The notes beneath the pieces were generated by a model that did no database searches, was not told the origin of the DNA, and saw nothing but the letters and a program-made list of their open reading frames with translations. The translations under genes and the position numbers were made by a program. A DNA stretch of 43,511 bases from an uncultured Bacilli bacterium (GTDB lineage Bacteria; Bacillota_I; Bacilli_A; RF39; UBA660): positions 1-43,511 of the forward strand of contig CANQFF010000001.1 in the NCBI GenBank assembly GCA_947598345.1. The letters run 5' to 3'. Positions 17,013 to 26,626 of the stretch are shown piece after piece (positions within the stretch are counted from its first letter, which is position 1; the number at the start of each line of letters is the position of its first letter).

Positions 17013-17693
17013 TTAAGTAGCAGAAGTAAAGTTAAAATTGATATCTCCAAATTCTACTTTAAATGGTCCATCTGCAAGATCATTACCCGTATATTGAAAA
17101 CCTATTTCAACAGTTCTATAATGACCTTTTGGTATTACTATTGATACAGCGTTGTTTGTTTTTGTCGTTGTCCAAATTACAGGCATATCACTATTATAAG
17201 TACGAGTTGTTACTATGACACTAATATTAGAACAAACTTTTTGTACTAATGAATCAGTTGTTCCAGCAAGTGCTGTACAAACTATAGGGCTAGATTTTCC
17301 TTTTACATTTTCATATACAACAGAAGCTAAAGTGGCATCGTATTGACCAGCATTTACAACATAAAAACTATATGCATCTGATTTTGTTTCAGGACCTGTA
17401 AAATACCAAGTTATTCCTGAAACAGTTGTTTCTGTTAAAGTCGCAGTAGTCCCTTTATTTGCATAATCTGGATTTCCTCCACCTGGTTGAACTGTACCTG
17501 TAGTAATTGAATCAGATTCTGTTGAAAATCCTACTTTGAAATTACTTTCATCTGGAGTTACTGTAGCATTTGCTGAAATAGTCAAAGTATTAGAAAAGGC
17601 TGCATAAGCGACAGATATAGCTACGACACAAAACGCTATTGTGCTCAAAAATATTACTTTTTGATTTTTATTTCTCCTTCTTGTTCGTCTCAT
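17013..17693 (-). CDS. TasA/camelysin-like secreted fibre subunit, paralog A (226 aa, divergent)
   Basis: Signal ...AISVAYA|AFSNTLTISANATVTP. Same overall layout as B and C, but the core is diverged. Confidence 0.85.
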   Translation of the reverse strand: MRRTRRRNKNQKVIFLSTIAFCVVAISVAYAAFSNTLTISANATVTPDESNFKVGFSTESDSITTGTVQPGGGNPDYANKGTTATLTETTVSGITWYFTGPETKSDAYSFYVVNAGQYDATLASVVYENVKGKSSPIVCTALAGTTDSLVQKVCSNISVIVTTRTYNSDMPVIWTTTKTNNAVSIVIPKGHYRTVEIGFQYTGNDLADGPFKVEFGDINFNFTSAT

Positions 17694-17738
17694 TTTTTCA
17701 CCCTCACTTTGTAGACTACTGTCTACACTACTACTTAC

Positions 17739-17767
17739 ATTTTACATCAATAAATAAAATAATACAA
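17739..17767 (-). promoter_or_regulatory. Candidate promoter of the fibre locus
   Basis: On the minus strand: TTGTAT (17762-17767), 17 nt, TAAAAT (17739-17744). The 16-nt palindrome GTAGACTACTGTCTAC (17711-17726) lies just downstream. Confidence 0.35.
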
Positions 17768-17774
17768 TATTTTT

Positions 17775-20700
17775 TTAATTTTTTATAGACTTTGTTAATA
17801 TATTTAGCATATCAATTAAATAATATATGAAATGTTTTTCTAATCCTACAATATCAAGTGTTATCTTTAATTCCTCTGATTTCATAGAAAATCTAAACTT
17901 CCTTGTCAATGACATAACATCTAAAAATAATAATTCACCATCTATTTTTTTAGTTAATTCTTTTGGTAGAGTAATTTCTATAAAATTCTTAGTTTGATTA
18001 ACTTTATTTATACCCAATTTTTTGATTTCTTTTTCAAATAATTCTTCATACATATATATAATTATATTTTCATCTAATAAACCAAATCTATCTTCTAGTT
18101 CACTTTTTGTAGTTTCTAAACTTTCTATAGAATCTATTTTATTAATTTTTTGATGTATTTCAATTTTCAACTCTTCTTCTTTAGCATATTTATCATCTAT
18201 AGTTGTATCTACTTCTATTAATGGTTGAGTGCTTTCATCTTCAGTTTCTACATTTATTCCTTTTAATTTATTTACTTCTTCGTTAAGCATATCTAAAAAT
18301 AACTCAACTCCAACACTATCTATAAAACCTGATTGTTCTTCTCCTAATATATCTCCAGCTCCTCTTATTGATAAATCTCGCATGGCGATAGAAAAACCAC
18401 TACCAAGTTCAGTAAATTCTTTTATAACATTAAGTCTTTTTTTAGCTACATCAGATAGTGTCTTACCTTTATTATACATTAAATATGAATAAGCGATTTT
18501 ATTACTTCTTCCAACTCTACCCCTTATTTGATATAGTTGAGATAAACCATATCTATCTGCATCTATTATTATTAAAGTATTAACATTAGGTATATCAATT
18601 CCAGTTTCTATTATAGTAGTACAAAGAAGAACATCATATTCTTTATTTAAAAATTTATACATAACATCTTCTAATTCATCTTTTTGCATTTTTCCGTGTC
18701 CACAAACTATTTTTGCTTCTGGAACAAGATTTTCTAATTTTCTTTTTCTATCTTCCATTGTTGATATATCATTATATAAAATAAATACTTGTCCTTGCCT
18801 AGCTAATTCTTTATAAATAGCATCTTTAATTACATTTTGATTTTCTTCTAAAACATAGGTTTGAATAGGATATCTATCAACAGGTGGTGTTTCTATTAAG
18901 GATAAACTCCTAACACCAGCTAAAGACATTTGAAGTGTTCTTGGAATAGGTGTCGCACTAAGAGTTAATACATCAATATTATTTTTATATGATTTTATTT
19001 TTTCTTTATGTTTAACTCCAAATCTTTGTTCTTCATCTACTACTAATAATCCAAGTCTTTTGCATATTACATCATCACTAAGTATTCTATGTGTACCAAT
19101 TAGTAAATCTATTTTACCTTCACCTAAATCTTTTAGAATTTCATTTTGTTTTTTCTGTGAAACAAATCTATTTAATAGTTCTATTCTAACAGGAAATTCT
19201 TTAAATCTTTCTATAGCATTAGTATAGTGCTGATGAGAAAGAATTGTAGTAGGACATAAGAATAAAACTTGTTTATTTGACATTATAGCCTTAAATATTG
19301 CTCTAAAAGCAACTTCTGTTTTACCATATCCAACATCTCCACAAAGAAGTCTATCCATAGGAACTTTTCTTTCCATATCTTTTTTTATTTCTTCAGTTGC
19401 TTTTAATTGATCTTTAGTTTCAACATATGGGAAATTTTTTTCAAATTCTATTTGTTCTATAGTATCTGGTTCAAATGCATATCCTATTGCCATTTCTCTT
19501 TGTGAATATAATTTTAGTAAATCACTCGCAATACTTTCTATTTTCTTTTTTATATGTAATTTAGTTTTTGCCCATTCTGTACCACCTAATTTACTTATTT
19601 TTGGCTCAACACCTTCTTTTGAAGAATATTTATTTATATATTCTAACTTTTCAACTGGTATATATAACTTATCTTCTCCTTTATATTCAACAGTTATATA
19701 ATCTTTTTTTAAGCCATTTTTAGTAAGAGTTCTAATACCTTTATAAATTCCAATACCATGTGCGAAATGTACAACATAATCGCCTACATTAAGTTTATTT
19801 ATATCTTTTATTTTAGATCCCATTTTAAAATTAGATTTATATGCAATACCACTTTCTTTTTTATTAAATAATTCTTTTTCTGATACTACTACATAATTAC
19901 CTATTACATATCCACTACTTATTTTTTTAACTACTAGATTTATTTTACCAGGTATTATATTATCAATGCTTGTTATAACAGTAAATTTATTATTTAATTC
20001 ATCTTCTATTTTATTTACTTTATACCTATCAGAAAGACAAATTATAACTGTTTTATTATCTTTTATATATTGATTAAGTCTTTTATTGATTGCATCCGTT
20101 CCACCAACAAAATTATCAAGCTCAAAAGATTGATATACTATAGAATTATTTGATTTTATTTTATTGTCGAATGATACAAAATCTATTTCTTTAACATTAT
20201 ATGAATTAAGTAATTCAAACATAAAAGGAGTATTTTTAGGTATCTCATTATTTTTTTTATAATCCTCTATTTCCTCTTCTAATAAATTATAACTTGTATT
20301 AATAGATTCTTTATCGTTATAAATAAGTATAGGATTATCTAGGTAGTCTAATATAGATGATGGTTTAATATAATTAACAATATCCCTTTGTTTTAAATCT
20401 TCAGATAATTCTTTATCTACTATAAATTCTGTTGTTGGAACAATTAATATTTCATCTAAGTTCTTTTTAGATATCTGAGTATCGACATCGAATTCACTAA
20501 TTCTTTCAATTACATCTCCCCAAAATTCTATTCTTATTGGATTTGAATAATTAATTGAAAAAATATCAATAATAAATCCCCTAACTGCAATTTCACCTGT
20601 TTTGTTTACTAAAGTTTCTCTTTTATAACCTATTTTATATAATTTATCTATAAGTTCATCTATTTTTATTTCATCATTTATTTTTATTTTCATATAAGAA

Positions 20701-21059
20701 TTTTTATAATCATCAGGATTTGGTAAAAATCTCAAAAAACCCATTAAATTTGTTATAACTATTCTTTTTTCAAATATTACTTTATTTAAAGTATCTAATC
20801 TAGTAAATTTAAATTCAGGGCTAATAGCAAGTGCTTCACTTGTTAAAAAATCATCCATAGGAAAAAAGGATACTTTGTCCGTATAGTTTATAAGTATTTG
20901 ATATAATTTATTAGCTTCATATATGGATGAAGTTACACATAATATACTTTTATTTTCTTTTTTAAATTTTTTATATATAAAAAGACCTTTAAGTTCAGGT
21001 GTAAGTCCTGATATAAAATCTCCATCTAGATTGTTAAGTATATTGTTTAAAAAATTCAT
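17775..21059 (-). CDS. mfd: Transcription-repair coupling factor
   Basis: 1094 aa. Superfamily-2 helicase motifs GDVGYGKTEV and VVDEEQRFGV, plus the CarD-like and TRG regions expected for Mfd. Confidence 0.95.
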   Translation of the reverse strand: MNFLNNILNNLDGDFISGLTPELKGLFIYKKFKKENKSILCVTSSIYEANKLYQILINYTDKVSFFPMDDFLTSEALAISPEFKFTRLDTLNKVIFEKRIVITNLMGFLRFLPNPDDYKNSYMKIKINDEIKIDELIDKLYKIGYKRETLVNKTGEIAVRGFIIDIFSINYSNPIRIEFWGDVIERISEFDVDTQISKKNLDEILIVPTTEFIVDKELSEDLKQRDIVNYIKPSSILDYLDNPILIYNDKESINTSYNLLEEEIEDYKKNNEIPKNTPFMFELLNSYNVKEIDFVSFDNKIKSNNSIVYQSFELDNFVGGTDAINKRLNQYIKDNKTVIICLSDRYKVNKIEDELNNKFTVITSIDNIIPGKINLVVKKISSGYVIGNYVVVSEKELFNKKESGIAYKSNFKMGSKIKDINKLNVGDYVVHFAHGIGIYKGIRTLTKNGLKKDYITVEYKGEDKLYIPVEKLEYINKYSSKEGVEPKISKLGGTEWAKTKLHIKKKIESIASDLLKLYSQREMAIGYAFEPDTIEQIEFEKNFPYVETKDQLKATEEIKKDMERKVPMDRLLCGDVGYGKTEVAFRAIFKAIMSNKQVLFLCPTTILSHQHYTNAIERFKEFPVRIELLNRFVSQKKQNEILKDLGEGKIDLLIGTHRILSDDVICKRLGLLVVDEEQRFGVKHKEKIKSYKNNIDVLTLSATPIPRTLQMSLAGVRSLSLIETPPVDRYPIQTYVLEENQNVIKDAIYKELARQGQVFILYNDISTMEDRKRKLENLVPEAKIVCGHGKMQKDELEDVMYKFLNKEYDVLLCTTIIETGIDIPNVNTLIIIDADRYGLSQLYQIRGRVGRSNKIAYSYLMYNKGKTLSDVAKKRLNVIKEFTELGSGFSIAMRDLSIRGAGDILGEEQSGFIDSVGVELFLDMLNEEVNKLKGINVETEDESTQPLIEVDTTIDDKYAKEEELKIEIHQKINKIDSIESLETTKSELEDRFGLLDENIIIYMYEELFEKEIKKLGINKVNQTKNFIEITLPKELTKKIDGELLFLDVMSLTRKFRFSMKSEELKITLDIVGLEKHFIYYLIDMLNILTKSIKN

Positions 21060-21080
21060 TGTACCCTCCTTTCATAATGT

Positions 21081-22406
21081 TTATTTTACTAAATTATTAC
21101 TTCTAATAGCTTGATCTGGAAACATTTCATTTATTGATTTAACACTTAAATCGCTGTTTATTTTTTCTGTATTAAAATAGTATCTTCCTACCATGTAACC
21201 ATATTCGTTATATATATCTTTATCATCACGAATATTTTTAGAATTTATATTTTCATATAGTCTAGCAACTATACTATTAAAATCTTTTGAATTAGATTCT
21301 ACATCTTCTGGTCTACTTTTTAAATAAAATATTAATTCATTATAATCTTCTTCATTTAGATTATTTTTTAATATACTTACTAAGTTAGTATCATCACCAC
21401 TAAATACAGTTTCCCATATTACTTTAGGACCAATAGTATTCATAAGTAACTCAAGATTTATTAAAGCAGGTATATATGAACCAAAAGGCTTATCTAAATA
21501 CTCATTTGCAGCAAGTTCTGCAACTGCTTCTTTCAAAAATGGATAACTTTTATCTGGAGATTGTAATAAATGTATAAACTCATGCTTTAATATTTCCTCG
21601 TACCCACCTATATTTTTTGCATTTATTACATTAGGAGCTATATCATTATAAAAACCATCTGTTGTTTGTGGATTTGGAATAAAAATCTCAGTTGGATCAT
21701 AAAGTCTTATTTTTATATTTTTTAATTTATATTTAATAAGATATTCCATATCGGTACCTTTATAATATTGAAATACATCTTCTAACAAATTTTCATTAGC
21801 AAAAATACTTTTCATATCATCTGGTAATTGTGAGGAATTTATTAAATTTATTCCTTCACTAACATCTATACAGTTTAAGTCTAAATTTAAATATTCTGAA
21901 ATAGAATATACTGGTTTAGCTAATGAATATTGTATATTATTTGTAAAATTTCCTTTAGTAAGTTGTGCACTAATTTCTGAAAAAATTACAAAATAACTCG
22001 TAATTGTAAGTAAAATTCCAAGAGAAATTTTTAAAATTTTTTTACCAATATGAAATTCTTTACTTTCACTATCTTTTTCTGATTTCTTACTGTAAAGTAT
22101 TAAATCTTCACCATTATTTTTAAAAAACATTGTAAAATCTTCAATATTGTTTTTTAAGTAATGTTTTAAATTATTTTTGTTATCCAAATATACTTTAAAA
22201 TCTAAATAATCTCCTATGTATGTACAATCACTATTAACTTTAACTAAATTATAGATAACATCAACTATATTTTTACCTATTGGATATAAATTATTCTCTT
22301 TTACACAAAAACCATAATAAATTAAATTATTATCCTGTTTTTTAAAATATAAATAATTACTCTCTTCTTTATCTTTTAAAATTGCACCTAACATAATATC
22401 ACTCAC
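21081..22406 (-). CDS. Membrane-anchored hypothetical protein with an HExxH zinc-protease-like motif
   Basis: One central TM (ILKISLGILLTITSYFVIFSEI). External domain contains HEFIHLLQ ... EAVAELAANEY. The GTG at 22406 overlaps the pth stop; the ATG at 22394 is an alternative start. Confidence 0.75.
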   Translation of the reverse strand: MSDIMLGAILKDKEESNYLYFKKQDNNLIYYGFCVKENNLYPIGKNIVDVIYNLVKVNSDCTYIGDYLDFKVYLDNKNNLKHYLKNNIEDFTMFFKNNGEDLILYSKKSEKDSESKEFHIGKKILKISLGILLTITSYFVIFSEISAQLTKGNFTNNIQYSLAKPVYSISEYLNLDLNCIDVSEGINLINSSQLPDDMKSIFANENLLEDVFQYYKGTDMEYLIKYKLKNIKIRLYDPTEIFIPNPQTTDGFYNDIAPNVINAKNIGGYEEILKHEFIHLLQSPDKSYPFLKEAVAELAANEYLDKPFGSYIPALINLELLMNTIGPKVIWETVFSGDDTNLVSILKNNLNEEDYNELIFYLKSRPEDVESNSKDFNSIVARLYENINSKNIRDDKDIYNEYGYMVGRYYFNTEKINSDLSVKSINEMFPDQAIRSNNLVK

Positions 22407-22960
22407 TAATTATATTTGTTCATTAAATTATCAAATGGTAATACAAGATAATCTTCAATTATATTAGGCATTTTATCTATTATTGGCTTAATTAAATCTA
22501 ATTCTTCTTTACTAAACTTTCCTAAAACATAATCTTTAGTATCTTTAGTTTTATCATTTGATATACCTATTTTAATTCTTTTATATTCATTTGTAGATAA
22601 ATTTTGTTCTATATTTTTAAGACCATTATGACCTCCACTAGATCCCTTATATCTTAATCTATATGAACCCACTTGAGTATCCAAGTCATCACATATAACT
22701 AATATATCATTTATATCTATTTTAAAAAAATTAACAAAATCTCTAATTACTTCCCCAGATAAATTCATGTACTTTTGAGGTTTTAATAAAATTATTTTCT
22801 CATTTTTATAGTTAAACTGTGTATATAAACCATTAAATTTGTTTGAATCTAATAAAACATTAAAATGATTAGATATACTATCAATACACATAAATCCTAT
22901 ATTATGTCTAGTTCTATTATATTCTGATCCTGGGTTTCCTAAACCTACTATAAGTTTCAT
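22406..22960 (-). CDS. pth: Peptidyl-tRNA hydrolase
   Basis: MKLIVGLGNPGSEYNRTRHNIGF is the Pth signature. Confidence 0.95.
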   Translation of the reverse strand: MKLIVGLGNPGSEYNRTRHNIGFMCIDSISNHFNVLLDSNKFNGLYTQFNYKNEKIILLKPQKYMNLSGEVIRDFVNFFKIDINDILVICDDLDTQVGSYRLRYKGSSGGHNGLKNIEQNLSTNEYKRIKIGISNDKTKDTKDYVLGKFSKEELDLIKPIIDKMPNIIEDYLVLPFDNLMNKYN

Positions 22961-23811
22961 AAATCACTTCTTTCTATACTGTGGTACGAATCATATACTT
23001 CACTTTTTTTCATACCACGCTCTTTAGCAACTATTTTAATAGCATCCATTGAACTTTTTCCATCTTGAATATATAAATCAACATGTTCTTTTATTGTTAA
23101 AGATTTATATTCTAATGCTTTTTTATTACCCTCAATTACAATTACAAGTTCCCCCTTATATTCGTTATTTTCATTTATTAATTCTTCTATAGTTCCTCTA
23201 TATATTTCTTCATATTTTTTTGTTATTTCCCTTGATATAGAAATTTTTCTATTACTTCCTAAAATATCACTTAAATCTTTTAAAGTCTTATTTATTCTAT
23301 GAGGTGCTTCGTAAAGTATTAAAGTAGCATCTATATTTTTTAGAAATTCTAATTCTTTTTTTCTAGCACTAGATTGAGATTTTAAAAAACCATAGTAATA
23401 AAATGGCATGGGACTAATTCCTGAAGAAGTTAAAGCTGGTATTAAAGCTGTTGCACCTGGTAAACTAATGACATTATACCCCTTTTCAATAGCATATCTT
23501 GAAAGTTCATAACCAGGATCACTTATTATAGGTGTACCTCTATCACTCACAAGCCCTACATTACATCCATTTTTTAAATATTCTAATAATTTTTCTTTAT
23601 TATTAGCTTCATTAAATTCATGAGATGATATTAATTTTTTATTTATATCATAATATTTTAATAACTGTCCTGTTACCCTAGTATCTTCACAAAATATTAC
23701 ATCAACCATTTTAAGTGTATTAATAGCTCTTATAGTTATATCTTCCATGTTACCTATCGGCGTTGGAATAAGATATAAACTTGGAGTATTATTATAACTT
23801 TTTTGAGACAT
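22957..23811 (-). CDS. rsmI: 16S rRNA (cytidine1402-2'-O)-methyltransferase
   Basis: LYLIPTPIGNMEDITIRAINTLKMVDVIFCEDTRVTGQLL is the RsmI/YabC family N-terminus. Confidence 0.9.
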   Translation of the reverse strand: MSQKSYNNTPSLYLIPTPIGNMEDITIRAINTLKMVDVIFCEDTRVTGQLLKYYDINKKLISSHEFNEANNKEKLLEYLKNGCNVGLVSDRGTPIISDPGYELSRYAIEKGYNVISLPGATALIPALTSSGISPMPFYYYGFLKSQSSARKKELEFLKNIDATLILYEAPHRINKTLKDLSDILGSNRKISISREITKKYEEIYRGTIEELINENNEYKGELVIVIEGNKKALEYKSLTIKEHVDLYIQDGKSSMDAIKIVAKERGMKKSEVYDSYHSIERSDL

Positions 23812-23820
23812 ATGCCACCT

Positions 23821-24540
23821 CTATTCAAAATATTTTTTTATTTCTTCAGTATATTCTCCGTTATCCAAATGTGTATATATTGGTGGGAGTAATTTAAGAC
23901 CTGGTTTACCATTTTTAGTTCCTTCAATTAACATAACATTGGCTTCACTATTCATTTTTGGATATACAAATTGTACCCTTTTAGGTTCTATGTTATTATT
24001 TTTCATTTCTTCAACTACTTCAACAAATCTTTCAGGTCTATTAACTATTGCAATAACGCCATTATTTTTAAGTAATTTCCTAGCAATTTTAAATAACTCA
24101 CCTAAATTTAATTTAACTTCGTGTCTTGCAATAGTTTTATAATCATTTTTATTTATATTTGATGTTTCAGTATACTTAAAAAATGGAGGATTTGATACTA
24201 TAATATCAAAAGTATCAGTTTCACATTCTTTATAATAATTATTTATATCATCATTTATTATTTTGATTTGATCATTTTTTTTATTTAAAGTTACTGACTC
24301 CTCTGCAAGCTTGAAAACACTTTTTTGTATTTCTACACCAATTATTTTTGCAGTTGTTTTAGTGGATAAAATTAAAGGTATAGGAGCATTACCACATCCT
24401 ATATCGAGTATTTTATCTATTTTTTTATTTAGTGTTACAAAATTAGGAAGCAGCACTGAATCTAAAGAAAAGTTAAACATTTGATCATCCTGCACTATTT
24501 TTAAATCTTTATATCCTAACAAATAATTAATTACTTTCAT
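23821..24540 (-). CDS. Class I SAM-dependent methyltransferase, YabB/TrmN6-like (tRNA m6A37)
   Basis: ILDIGCGNAPIP (SAM site) and VSNPPFF (N6-adenine methyltransferase motif IV). Synteny after ricT. ATG at 24540 preferred over 24546. Confidence 0.8.
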   Translation of the reverse strand: MKVINYLLGYKDLKIVQDDQMFNFSLDSVLLPNFVTLNKKIDKILDIGCGNAPIPLILSTKTTAKIIGVEIQKSVFKLAEESVTLNKKNDQIKIINDDINNYYKECETDTFDIIVSNPPFFKYTETSNINKNDYKTIARHEVKLNLGELFKIARKLLKNNGVIAIVNRPERFVEVVEEMKNNNIEPKRVQFVYPKMNSEANVMLIEGTKNGKPGLKLLPPIYTHLDNGEYTEEIKKYFE

Positions 24541-25318
24541 TAGCATCTACTTCCATTATTTGGCCATCTTTTAATTCTACTTTATATTTTTGTCCTAAAA
24601 TATCTACACTAATTACTTTTCCTTCACTTCCAAAAATTTCTATTTTTTTACCTAGTTTTGGCAATTTTTTTGAAAATTCTTTATAGCAATCCTCTTCATA
24701 TTTCAAACAGCAAAGAAGTCTTCCACAACAACCATTTATTTTACTTGGATTTAAAGCTATATTTTGATTTTTAGCCATATTTATTGACACAGAATCAAAG
24801 TCACACAAAAACTTTGAACAACATAGCTCTCTACCACAAGATCCATATCCTCCAACTTCTTTAGCTTTATCTCTTACGCCGACTTGTCTAAGTTCTATTC
24901 TTGTTTTATAAATATTGGCTAGATCCTTAGCTAATTTTCTGAAATCTATTCTAGACTCTGCTAAAAATGTAAAAAGTAATTGACTTCTATCAAAAGTATA
25001 ATTACAATCTAATACATACATATTAAGATTATATTTTTTAATTAATTCCTTGCACTTAACTAATGCTTTTTTAGCATCTTCAATATTTTTTAAATGCATT
25101 TCATGGTCACTTTTAGACGCTATTTTTTCTATAGTACTTAAAGTAGTCGTTAATTTAGATGGTTCTATTTCAAAATTGGATAACTCAACTGTTCCAAATT
25201 GTAACCCTCTTTCTGTTTTAACTATTACATCAATACCTTTTTTAATTTTTAAACCATTAGGAGAAAAGTAATATATTTTACCATTTTTCTTAAATGATAC
25301 ACCTACTACCTCTATCAT
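24527..25318 (-). CDS. ricT: PSP1-domain protein RicT/YaaT
   Basis: N-terminus VVGVSFKKNGKIYYF plus a Cys-rich block CGRELCCSKFL ... CCGRLLCCLKYE. Follows holB as in Bacillus. Confidence 0.9.
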   Translation of the reverse strand: MIEVVGVSFKKNGKIYYFSPNGLKIKKGIDVIVKTERGLQFGTVELSNFEIEPSKLTTTLSTIEKIASKSDHEMHLKNIEDAKKALVKCKELIKKYNLNMYVLDCNYTFDRSQLLFTFLAESRIDFRKLAKDLANIYKTRIELRQVGVRDKAKEVGGYGSCGRELCCSKFLCDFDSVSINMAKNQNIALNPSKINGCCGRLLCCLKYEEDCYKEFSKKLPKLGKKIEIFGSEGKVISVDILGQKYKVELKDGQIMEVDANESN

Positions 25319-26280
25319 TTCATTTCACATCCCTCTAATTCAATTATTAATTTATCCATAAGTAAATTATTATTTACATTAAATTTAATCTTTTCTCTTA
25401 AATTCATTATAACATTTATTTTAAGTGTTAATGAATCTAAATTATTTTTATTTTCTATATTTTTCATTATTTCAATATAATCGTTAAATATTTCAATATT
25501 TTTATTAAGTTTTATATTTAATACATCTTTATAAAATAATAAAATAATTGTAAATGCATTATATATTTCATCTTTTTCTTTAAATATATCATGCCAAAGT
25601 TTATTTATATAAATTATAGTATTACTATGATTTTCTTCATAATATTTAATAAATTCTATAACTTTATCTAATTTATTTCTGCTATCATCACTATTTATAT
25701 AAGAAGTAATTTCTTCATTGCTGCTATAGATATAATGAGCTATCTTTTCTAAAGTAGAAAGCCCTATTAAATTTGTTTTATTTTTAAGTGATAAAATTTG
25801 ACATCTAGATACTATTGTACTTAATAATTGATACATGTTTTCAACTATTAAAATTGCAATTATACCTTCTTCTGGCTCTTCTAGAAACTTTAACAAAGAA
25901 TTTGATGAAGATGCATTTAATTTTTCAGCTTGATTAATTATATATACCTTTTTATTTCCCAAAACTGATTTTTTTGAAAATTCATTTTGTAAATCTGTTA
26001 ACTGTGATTTTTTAATCCACTGACCATCAGCATCTATTATTTTAAGTTCAATAAATTCGTTGTTAGTTATCGCACCACATTGCTTACAATCACCACAATT
26101 TTTATTATTACTATAGTTATTTGGACATAATATATATTTTGCAAAAGCAAGAGCTAAATCAACTGCCTTAGGATAACCATTTGTTTCAATAAGAAATGCA
26201 TGACTTAATTTGTTATTTTTAACAGAATTTATTAAAGTTTTATAGACTATATTTTGTTCTAAACTAAAATCATCTAACAT
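25315..26280 (-). CDS. holB: DNA polymerase III delta-prime subunit
   Basis: LSHAFLIETNGYP, a Cys cluster CGDCKQC, and SNSLLKFLEEPEE. Start moved to ATG 26280 behind GGAGGTG. Confidence 0.88.
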   Translation of the reverse strand: MLDDFSLEQNIVYKTLINSVKNNKLSHAFLIETNGYPKAVDLALAFAKYILCPNNYSNNKNCGDCKQCGAITNNEFIELKIIDADGQWIKKSQLTDLQNEFSKKSVLGNKKVYIINQAEKLNASSSNSLLKFLEEPEEGIIAILIVENMYQLLSTIVSRCQILSLKNKTNLIGLSTLEKIAHYIYSSNEEITSYINSDDSRNKLDKVIEFIKYYEENHSNTIIYINKLWHDIFKEKDEIYNAFTIILLFYKDVLNIKLNKNIEIFNDYIEIMKNIENKNNLDSLTLKINVIMNLREKIKFNVNNNLLMDKLIIELEGCEMK

Positions 26281-26399
26281 AAGCCACACCTCCATGAATA
26301 CCAAACTACATGGATATTATACCATAAAATAAAGCTTTTTAAATGAAAAAAGCCTCAAGTTATTTTCTTTAGGCAAATGTTTTTAATTATATAATAATT

Positions 26400-26588
26400 T
26401 TAGTAAATCATTACCATTATGAATATCAAAGATAAGAGTGCTGGTACACCGAGTAAAGTTATTAAACCAATAGTAATTACATTAATTGGTATAATCATTC
26501 CAACAGGTTGCATGAGTAAATTATAAGCATATAACAAAAAAGAACTAATAATAATTCGTTTAATTATTTTAAATATAAGTTTTAACAT
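26400..26588 (-). CDS. bofA: BofA-family small membrane protein
   Basis: Two TM helices. IPINVITIGLITLLGVPALLSL resembles the BofA core. It lies after recR, as bofA does in B. subtilis. ATG at 26588 behind AGGTGG. Confidence 0.6.
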   Translation of the reverse strand: MLKLIFKIIKRIIISSFLLYAYNLLMQPVGMIIPINVITIGLITLLGVPALLSLIFIMVMIY

Positions 26589-26626
26589 ATTGTCCACCTA
26601 ATCTATCTTATGTTTAAAATAATTAT

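Noticed and set aside
10655-17693. The fibre locus interpreted as a sortase-dependent Gram-positive pilus or a type IV pilus operon.
   Set aside because: The proteins have no LPxTG sorting signals, and there is no sortase gene. The subunit leaders lack the G|FTLxE prepilin motif that the 5337-7037 protein clearly has. The peptidase present is S26 SipW-like.
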